A DNA stretch of 64,000 bases from the human T2T-CHM13v2.0 reference genome, Homo sapiens: NCBI RefSeq assembly GCF_009914755.1, contig NC_060925.1; one strand, written 5' to 3'. The position numbers and the translations under genes are program-made. Positions 54,648-64,000 of this stretch are shown here, piece by piece. Every line of letters begins with the position of its first letter. Positions within the stretch are counted from its first letter, which is position 1. A model generated the notes under the pieces. It saw only the letters and a list, made by a program, of their open reading frames with translations. It searched no databases and was not told where the DNA came from.

Positions 54648-55709
54648 TACAAGGTGTGGAGTTGCACCTCCCAGTGTCCCAATTTCAATCATTTGTCTAC
54701 ATTAATCGATGCTAATGGCTTTTACAAATGTAAGTCTTTAAGCTCCTGTAAGTTACATGTGTTTGAGGAGGCCATTGAAAGAAAGCAAACTCAGTGTTCC
54801 TGTAGCTTCCAGGGAAATGTTCTCCAAATATCCTGAAAGCAGGGGCAGGGCCCAGCATTCCAAAGCCCTGTGCCTTTGCTCAGCAATCTCTCAAGAGATT
54901 GGGTTGTTATTATTAATAAAGTGTGACTTTTTCCAAATGAAAGAACAAAGCCCTGCATGTTACCAACTGCATGGAAAAGACAGGCTTAATGACATTTGAA
55001 TTACATCAGTTTATTTAACACCAAAAATTGTGTGTGTTTAACTTATTTATTTTTAATTTTTTAAAATGTAACAGCATTAGGTAAGATTTTCAAAATAGTT
55101 TTGTCCTTGAGCCCAAGACTACAATACTGTAGTTATTAGCATCTTGGAAGAGTCACTATCAGTCTTTTTTTTGTAGTTATTGCATTCAATATAATACAGT
55201 TTGTCTTTTTTTCATATATTTTTGGTAATAATTGTAGTCTTAGGAACTAGTATTATTTATTTTAGTGCATATAGTCCAATCTCCTTAACCATTCTCTATT
55301 ATTAATCATTTAAATATAAGACTGATATTTTAAAAAACATACTAATTTAGAAAGTAAGCAACAGACAGGGAAAAATACTCACAGCAAATGCAAGCAATTA
55401 CTCACCCACTTTGGCATTAGCCATTTCATAGGCATCCTCAGCCCTTTAGGAAAAACCCCAAATGTCATTACTCTGAGAACCAGAAATAGGAAGGCAAACA
55501 TCTGGTGATAACAATACAGAGCAAGAAATAATTCAAGAAAAACACACTTTTCAAAACTACAAGTGCAATAATAAATGTGAATAATTGAATGTTCCATAAT
55601 CAAAAGGCAGTTTCCAAAACAAATAAATAAAAATCAAATGATATATTATTTACTGCAAATAGTATTGTTAGATTAATTACCTGATGCAATCACAGACTCC
55701 AAAGCTACA

Positions 55710-56990
55710 TTGTCCTAAGATAGATTCCCCCAAAAGCAGCCACTGAGACAAAGCTTGTGTGCAGATAGTTCATTCGGGAAGTGATTCCTGGAAGCAGGTG
55801 TGAAGAGCAGGGCAAATGCAACACAGAGAGAAAAGCAATATGAGGATGCATGACTGAGCTGGTCACCACTGTGGCAGAGGGATGCTTGATCCTATGAGGA
55901 CTCCTAAGGAACCTTCCAGAAAGCATCTCAGAACTCTTCTCCCAGGGTGGTGAAAGGAGGAAGAACATATTCATTGGCTCTCAATTCCACTGGCCAAGGG
56001 TAACCCCATGGGAATTAATGCATTCACACTTGGACATTTCCTGGCTTTGTTGGTTAAAATAACACTGTGCTGGGAAGGTTTGAAGTGGTTCTTAGAAGGC
56101 TTCTAATATGGTCCATCCTTAGCCACACTCAGACTGCTTGTGCTTTTCATTAAGATCACCTCCTCCAAGGAGGTGCCTAGCTGCTGTTCTACAAGGGAAG
56201 CTAGATAGTCACAGCCACAGCTGTCCCAAGCCTTCATTAGCATTCATCTCCCTCCTCCAACACCCTCTAGAGATTTCCCTCACTCCCAGCCAATACTTCA
56301 GCTGGCCTAGACTGCTTTCCTGATGGATGCCTCAGAATTTCATCCCTAAAGGGCCCTGAGCGCTTGGCTGCTCTCGTGTGCGTGGTTGCTTCAGTCACCT
56401 GTTCACTATTATGACCATGCATGGAAATATCAAGAATTATCCTATTGATTCCACTAAGTTCCAGACATACTCAGCCCTGCCTCTATTTTAAGGTATTAAC
56501 CCTAACTCCTCTTCATATTCAGGGTCCATTATCCTCTCCAGTCCAGCAACTCCCTTTTTTACCATTGATAAAATGATGAGGAGCCCAGATGACCAGGTGG
56601 ACACACAGTTTGAAGTTTAGTGGATACCTTACTGTGTCTCCTGATATAAGTGTCCCCAGCTTGGGAACTGGAACCTTTAATCCAGCAGAGTCTAACAATC
56701 AAGGCTCAAGAAACTCACCCTGAAGGTGTGCATTCTGGGACCTCTCATGTAACCAGTTATCTTAACCTGCATTTCCCCAAAGGCAGAATCTGAGACAAAG
56801 TCTTGTATGCAGGTAGTTTACATAGAAAGTGAATCTAGGATGGAGGGATGAGGAACAGTACAAAAACAAAGATAAAAAGCCAACAGAAGGAAACATTTTT
56901 GATTGGGCCACTGCTATGGTAGACAGGTGTTTAATAAATGCATTTTGAAACTTTCACCCCAGGAGTCAAAGGGAAAAGTATTTGTATCAA
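55710..56990 (-). mobile_element. Collapsed ERVL provirus: LTR16-like LTR (~55710-56100), internal remnant (~56100-56755, ERV3-16A3-int-like), second LTR fragment (~56757-56990)
   Basis: Both LTRs start with homologous 'ttcccc(c)aaa(a/g)gcag...ctgagacaaag..ttgt.tgcag.tagtt'; the internal part encodes a dUTPase-like remnant. Confidence 0.75.
56461..56695 (-). pseudogene. ERVL dUTPase-like remnant
   Basis: My translation of the minus strand: LDSAGLKVPVPKLGTLISGDTVRYPLNFKL / PPGHLG / KKGVAGLERIMDPEYEEELGLIP*NRGRAEYVW, matching ERVL dUTPase motif order; contains a frameshift and a stop. Confidence 0.75.
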
Positions 56991-57669
56991 TGTGTGATTG
57001 AATTTTTCCTTTGCATAAAGTTAAGTCACTAATCATTGCCAAAATTCTCTTTCTTTAAAACCCTGCATTTCCAACATGCAGTGCAGGCTAATTTTATTTT
57101 ATTGTCCAGGTCAAAGACATTTTCCTGTATCAGTTGTCGTTTTCAATTTTTCTCGCCCCAAATTTCTAAATTATTCTGCCTTGTAGCTCCAGTATTGGAT
57201 TTCTCTTAAGTTCCAGGACTTCAGCAGTCGTCCTCTCTGTTTAGTGTAACTTCCAGTCTTCCAGTGGTTCACATGGTGTCCCTATTTCCAAAGGGGCTCT
57301 GCTTACCCTTCCTCTTACTCTCCACATCCCCCCATGCATTATGGATTGATGTCATGCTTCACCATCTCCATCAACCCATTAGCAGAGCAGAACATATTGT
57401 GATAATAAAAATCTTTGCCAAAAATTCCTGGCTGTGATCGCATTGAGCCCTGAAAGAGCACGTTTTATTTTTCAGATAGATTCAAACAAGTGGTAACTCC
57501 AAGTAGGTTTTAACTTCTTCCTTTTAAAGAAGAAGGATTTTTGGCTGAAGTCAGCATGGAAGACAGTCAGAAAACACAAGTTCAGCCTGTGCTACTTACC
57601 TGATGTGGGACTTTCAGGAAACTGAATCTAAAAAGAAGCAACATTTGCCTGCCTGTAAAATGAATGTGA

Positions 57670-57891
57670 TAGTCACATGGCCTGTACTATCTGCACAGGC
57701 ATGTGCACACAAACACAGAAAGAGAGAGAGATTGAATCTCTGGTGTTTCCTCCTCTTCTTATAAGGACATCAGACTAGGACCCCACCCTATGACCTCATT
57801 TAACCTTAATAGACTTCCTAAAGGCTCTATCTCCAAATATATGTTAAGGCCTCAACATACATATTTTGGGGAACACAAATCAGTCTATAAC
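57670..57891 (-). mobile_element. MLT1B-like LTR fragment
   Basis: 'cctcttcttataaggacatcag...ccccaccctatgacctcatttaaccttaat...ggggaacacaaatcagtctataaca'. Confidence 0.75.
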
Positions 57892-58095
57892 ACCTCCTTA
57901 ACTTATAGCATAAATAATCAAGGTGGAAAAAAAGAGACCTTTCTTTCTTTCTTCAGATTCATTCATAGGAAAGAACCCTCCAATCCATTCTTTAAAAGAG
58001 AGCTCCCCATGTCCCCGCAATTCACAGTCCTAACTCCACCTCCACCTCCACTTAAATCATCTCACCCAGGAAACTCACTTGACTGTTGCTTTTCT

Positions 58096-59149
58096 TTTTT
58101 TTTAATTTTAAAATTTTACTTTAACTCCCAGGATTTATGTGCAGAAGTGTAGGTTTGTTACATAGGTATACATGTGCCATGGTGGTTTGCTACATCTATC
58201 AACACATCACCTATGTTTTAAGCCCCACATGCATTAGGTATTTGTCCTAATGCTCTCCTTCCCCCTGCCCCCAACCCCCCGACAGTCCCCGGTGTGTTTT
58301 CCCCTCCCTGTGTCCAAGTGTTCTCTGTTCTCATTGTTCAACTCCCCCTTGAACTAATTAAACAAAAGAGCTTCTGCACAGCAAAAGAAACTATCATCAG
58401 AGTGAACAGGCAGCCTACAGAATGGGAGAAAAATTTTGCAATCTATCCATCTGACAAAGGTCTACTATCCAGAATCTACAAGGACCTTATGCAAATTTAC
58501 AAGAAAAAAAAAACATCAATGAGTGGGCAAAGGATATGAATGACACTTCTCAAATGAAGACATTTCTGTGGCCAAGAAACATGAAAAAAAGCTCAACATC
58601 ACTGATCATTAGAGAAATGCAAGTCAAAATTATGAGATACCATCTCACACCGGTCAGAATGGTGATTATTGAAAAATCAGGAAACAGTAGATGCTGGCGA
58701 GGCTGTGGAGAAATAGGAATACTTTTACACTGTTGGTGGGAATGTAAATTAGTTCAACCATCATGGAAGACAGTGTGGCAACTCCTCAAGGATCTAGAAC
58801 CAGAAATGCCATTTGACCCAGCAATCCCATTACTGGGTATACACCCAAAGGAATATAAATCATTCTACTACAATGACACATGTACACGTATGTTTGTTGC
58901 AGCACGATTTACAATAGTAAAGACATGGAACCAACCCAAATGCCCATCAAGGATAGACTGGATAAAGAAAATGTGGTACATATACACCATGGAATACTAT
59001 GCAGCAATAAAAAAGAATGAGATCATGTCCTTTTCAGGGACATGGATGAAGCTGGAAGCCATCATCCTCAGCAAACTAACACAGGAACAGAAAACCAAAC
59101 ACTGCATTTTCTCATTCTTAAGTGGGAGTTGAACAATGAGAACACATGG
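58096..59149 (-). mobile_element. 5'-inverted (twin-primed) L1PA8-like insertion: 3' end on minus (58096-58350), inverted ORF2 end on plus (58351-59149)
   Basis: Poly-T at left; 'tttaagccccacatgcattaggtatttgtcctaatgc'; exact TSD ctgttgcttttct (58083-58095 / 59150-59162); ORF 58536-59132 is the ORF2 C-terminus ([18 protein letters not shown]). Confidence 0.93.
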
Positions 59150-60426
59150 CTGTTGCTTTTCTAGGATTTCCTGTCACAGACCTCCTGCCTTCTTCACCTC
59201 TGAGGACAAGTTGCAGAGCGTATTGTATATGCCTCAGTCCAGGTGCATAAGCACGCTCTTCTGCCACTCTTTCTTCAAGTTTCTGAATCTGCCTCTATAT
59301 CTTGTTTCTAGCTCGTTTTCCCTCTCCCAGGCTCCTCTTCTCTCTTCTTTCCCCTTTTCTCCTCTCTTCACTGACTCTTTCTAAGGTGTCAGTATACTAC
59401 AAAAATCCTGAAAATACAAAGAAAATAGTGTGTTTATTTGAGCTTTTTAGATTAACAGTTGGCCTAATGTTTTAAATATGGAGTTACTTCATCTGAAAAG
59501 GTATCTGAGGTTAAAGAAAAGTAGATTGACCATATTGCTTGAAAATTTAACTAGTATGCTGTTTAAAAATCATCTTATTTTCCATCTTCCGACTTTTGGA
59601 CATCCTGAAGGCATCTCTGCCTTCACCTTTCCTCTGTTTTTTCTTGCTCCCTCCTCTTTTATCCTCTGTTTCTGTATCTCGTCCTTGTTTCACTGCCTCT
59701 CTCTGCTCCCGTTTCTAGTCTCTCATGGGCTCTTTCATCATCTCTCTTCTCATTTCTCCATCACTATGCCTGTTCTCCTCTCCCTAGCCCCTTCTCTCCA
59801 TGTGGCTCCCTCTCTCCCACAGACACCCTCCATCAGCGGCTCTATCTGGCTTTATAATTTCAGCATAGCATTTTTGGCACAAGATCTTTTCCAATTTCCT
59901 GATGTAATAACAATGAGGCTTAGAGGAGATTATGGTGAAAAGTCTCCTGTGGATGGACAAGGTGTCAAATGAGCTCTCTCACTGATAGGGTTCAATAAAT
60001 TGAGCCTTCTCATCATGGTCCTTAAATGAGTGGTGCATGTCTAGGCTGGTCATGTGGACCCAATTCCCAACCAGATGGGAGACACATTGACTGAAGGCAG
60101 CCTGGGTCCTGCAAAGGGCTCTCAACCAAAGTCAGGATCTCTGCATGAGAAGCCCCCTCCAGCATTCACAGAATGTCTGATCTCCAAAAAGTCACTTGAC
60201 CTCACTGGGCTTTAGTTTCTACAACTCTAAACAAAGGAATTGGACTGACAGTGTTGAGGAGCCTCTGTTTTTGCCTTTATGACTCTATGATTCCCCTTCA
60301 TATATGGCAAATACATACATATGTGTGTGTCTGGTAAATATAGGTGCCAATTTTATGTAGATAAAACACACATGCAAATAAGTGTGTGTCTCTGTATATA
60401 AAGCACACACATGCATACACACACAT

Positions 60427-62950
60427 TGTCTTAGTCTGTTTGCACAGCTATAACAAAATACCTTAGACTGAGTAATATACAAACATTAGGAATTTGTTGT
60501 TCATAGTTCTGGAGGCTGGGAAGCCCAAGATCAAGGTGTCAGCAGGTTTGATGTCTGCTGAGGGCTTGCTCTCTGCTTCCTCCTTGCTGTGTCTTCACAA
60601 GGTGAAAGGGGGCAAGGAAGTTTGCTCAAGCCTCTTTTATAAGGACAATGATCTCATTCACGAGGATGAAGCCCTCATTACTTAATTACTTCCCAAGGGC
60701 TCCACTTCTTAATGTGGTCACACTGGGTATTAAATTCTAACATATGAATTCTGGGGGGGACACAAACATTCAGACCATACCATTCCACCCTGGGCCCCCA
60801 ATATTCATGTCTTTCTCATACGTGAAATACATTCATTCCATCCTAAGAGCCCCAGACAATAGTTGGTGTTGTTCCAGCACCAACTCCAAAGTCCTAAATC
60901 CAGAGTCTCATCTAAATATCATCTAAATCAAATATAGATGACACTCAAGGTATGATTCATCCTGAAGAAAATTGCTCTCCAGTTGTGAGCCTGTGAAATT
61001 AAACATGTTATGTGTTTCTAAAATAGAATGGTGGTCAGGCATTGAATAGTTACTCCCCCTTCAAAGAGAGAAATAGGAAAGAAGAAATAAGTAATAGGTC
61101 CCTACCAAACCCAAAACCCAATCAGGCAAACATTAAATCTTAAGGCTTTAGAATAAACTTCTTCTTTTTTAGGAGTCAGGGTCTTACTCTGATGCCCAGG
61201 CTGGAGTGCAGTGGCATGGTCATAGCTGACCGCTGTCTCTAACTCCTGGGCTCAAGTAATCCTCCCAACTTGGCCTCCCAAAGTGCTGGAATTGCAGGCA
61301 TGAGCCACTGAACCTGGCCTGAATAAAGTTCTTTGATTCAAAGCCTCACCTCTGGACAGAGTGGAGTGGGAGGTTGGCCCTCCAAGGCCCGAAGGGGGCT
61401 CCAGCCCACGACATTAACCCATGCTGCAACTCTCACAGGTTGGAGTCTCATGCCTATAGCTCTTCCAGGCTAAAATTGAATGCTGGTGGCTTTATCAGTC
61501 CGGGGTCTTTGGGGTGGACCTGCTCCCATGGCTTCACTGGGCATTGCCCTAGTGGGGCCCTCTGGAGCCGCTCTACCACTGTGGCAGTTCTTTGCCTGGG
61601 CCTCAAGGTTCCGGGGGCATCCTTTGAAATCTAGGTGGATGTAGCCACACTCCCACAGCTCATGCATCCTGCAGCATGGTGAAAATGGCTCTGTATGGAC
61701 ACAGCTAAGGTTTACCATTTGTGCCTTTTGGAGGGGCAACCTGATCTGCACTTGGGCCCACTTGAGTGACGGCTGGGGTGGTCAAGAAGCACTGCACTGA
61801 AATGTGAAGAGTGGAGCCTTGAAATCATTCTGCTCTTAAGGCCTTAGCATTCTGGGCACGTGATAGGCAGGACAGTGCTAAAGATCTTCAAAATGCCTTG
61901 GGGGTCATTATTCCATCGTCTTGATGAGTTGCACCAGGCTTCCACCCATCCACAATAATTTTCTTATCAGATGGGCACTTGGGCACATCCCTGGCATTCT
62001 TTCCCGAGCATGCTTTTGCAGTCTTTACAACATGGCCAGGCTAAGAATTTTTCAAGCCTTTAAGTTCTGCTTCCCTTTTGACTATAAATTCCTTCTTTAA
62101 TTCATTTCTTTCTTCTCACGTTTTGCTATAAACAGTCAAGAGAAGACATGCAGTGTCCTCAAAATTTCACTTAGATATTCCTTCTGCCAAATATCTTGTT
62201 ATATTGCTCAAGTGTTCTGACCTGCTGCAAAGCACTAGGACATAAATGCAATTCAGCCAAGCTCTTTGCCATTTTATAACAAGAATTGCCTTTCCACTAG
62301 TTTCCAATATCTTGTTCCTCATTTCTGTCTCAGACCTCATTGAATGGCCTTTACCATCTATATTTCGCCCAACATTCTGATCATAACCACTTAGGTAATC
62401 TCTAAGAAGGTTAAGGCTTTCTCTGAAGTGCTCTTCTTCTTTTGAGCACTAGCCAAAATTCCCCTTAAATATATATACTTTTTCTAGCATGGTCCTTCAA
62501 ATTCTTCCAGCCTCTACCCATTACCCAGTTACAAAGCCACTTCTGCATTTTTAGGTATTTCTTACAGAAGTACCATGCTTCTTCATATGAATTTCTTCCT
62601 TAGTTCTTTTAGGCTACTATAACAAAATACCTTAAGCGGCATAATTTATAAATATAAATTTATTGCTCCCAGCCCTGGAGGCTGGGGAGTTTAAGACCAA
62701 TGTGCCAGCAGATTTGGTGTCTTATGAGGGCCTGTTCTTCATAGATGGCACTTTTTATGTGTTCTCACATAGTGGAATGGTCAAGGAAGCTAGCTTCAGC
62801 CTCTTTTATAAAGGTACTAATACCATTCATGAGGCTGGGGCCCTCATAATTTAATCACTTACAAAGGGCTCCACTCCTCAATACCATCACATTGGGTACT
62901 AGGTCCCAACATATAAATTTGGGGAAGGCACCAACATTCAGCCCACAGCA
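60427..62950 (-). mobile_element. Complete MLT1A-type MaLR provirus: LTR 60427-60782, internal ~60783-62595, LTR ~62596-62950
   Basis: Two homologous LTRs; MaLR internal sequence; exact 5 bp TSD cacat (60422-60426 / 62951-62955). Confidence 0.88.
61164..61319 (-). mobile_element. Monomer-length Alu-family element (FRAM/FAM-like or left/right chimera) inside the MaLR internal region
   Basis: ~156 bp; TSD gaataaacttctt (61151-61163) / gaataaagttctt (61321-61333). Confidence 0.85.
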
Positions 62951-64000
62951 CACATGTTTTTTGGAAGAAATACTTTGAAAAACCATCCTAGAATTTATTT
63001 CCCACAAAATACAATGGGTCATAGGTGAGAGAAGCTTCACTCCTCCCTGGAACTCTCCAACAACACTAAGAGTGAAGAAAAGGCTTGGAAAACATAATGA
63101 AAGCAAGGTTAGGATATAGAATTATTGGACATGGTATTTTATGGTTTTGTTTTATAAGAAAATACTGGTATTTTACTAAAAAGACTAAATAGATCATATA
63201 TTTGAGTCCTGATTCACAAATATTTTAAATTTGATGTTTATTAAAATGCTAATAATCCATTGGGTTTGAAAAGTAAAATGAAATTAGCAAATGCATTAAC
63301 AGACAGTGATTGCAGAAAGAAGTATATTCTATAAACTATTTTCCTCTTGGATCAAAAATGTACCTACATATGGATTGGCCACATTGAATGTGCAAAAATG
63401 GGGTTTCTAGGGCCCCAGGGAAGTAATTACATCATTAACCAATTAATTATTACATGGCTACCATGTACCTGAGTTTCAAAGAAGTCAGATATGGCCCTTC
63501 CCCTCCTAGAGATGTACAATAAACATATAAACATACCCAAACAATATATTGATGCAATGACAGAAAAGAGAGGAGGCAATATAACAATATGGGTGATTGG
63601 AGTGGAGAGGATTTGGGGTAGAAAATGTAACAATCTGCTCATGATGAGATCCGCTCCTGAATGCCTTCCTTTTCTCACCACCCCAAGGATACAGGAAGCC
63701 TTGCTTTACATAGAGCCTGCTCACCAGTGGGCAGTGGGCACGGGTAATTGAAATTAAGCTAACATATTAAGCATATCACTCTTAGCTGCTCTTCATAGAA
63801 GGAACAAGATTTCATTTTTATTTTCCCAACCACCTCTCACAAAAAGTATTGTCTTCATTTTACACATAGGGGAGTTGCAAAATCACACTCTGATTCAGAT
63901 ATGCAAAGAAATACAACTCATTTTCTCCTTAACTCTCATGAGTTTAACTATTAATGAGTCTCTATTTACTCAGTAGTGACTTAGGGTAGTAGTTATAGGA

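Noticed and set aside
59478-59972. 164 aa ORF
   Set aside because: Runs through a CT-rich tract that lacks stop codons by composition; Ser/Leu/Phe-biased with no recognisable domain

Overview
Primate genomic DNA, most likely human or a close relative (AluJ/S/Y, L1PA, THE1C, MER11, MLT2A present). It is AT-rich, CpG-depleted and has no CpG island, consistent with an intron or intergenic region. I find no credible host protein-coding gene, tRNA, rRNA or CRISPR array. The longer ORFs in the track come from L1 ORF2, Alu, MaLR/ERV elements or low-complexity DNA. Much of the window is recognisable transposon sequence: a TSD-flanked, near full-length decayed L1PA13-16-type element carrying three Alus (30424-37980), a twin-primed 5'-inverted L1PA8-like insertion, complete THE1C and MLT1A-type proviruses, a collapsed two-LTR ERVL with a readable dUTPase remnant, ERVK solo LTRs (MER11, LTR3) nested inside MST LTRs, Tigger and hAT DNA transposons, and many MIR/L2 fragments. 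The most unusual features are local rearrangements. A ~278 bp copy of neighbouring DNA sits inside one THE1C LTR only. A 47 bp splice-acceptor-like segment is duplicated. There are several small fold-back (template-switch-like) scars, an ERV fragment with processed-pseudogene hallmarks, and an Alu tail expanded into a ~215 bp polypurine tract. I see no evidence for a new multi-gene system. Repeat subfamily names come from my memory of consensus sequences, not from a search, and boundaries of old elements are approximate.
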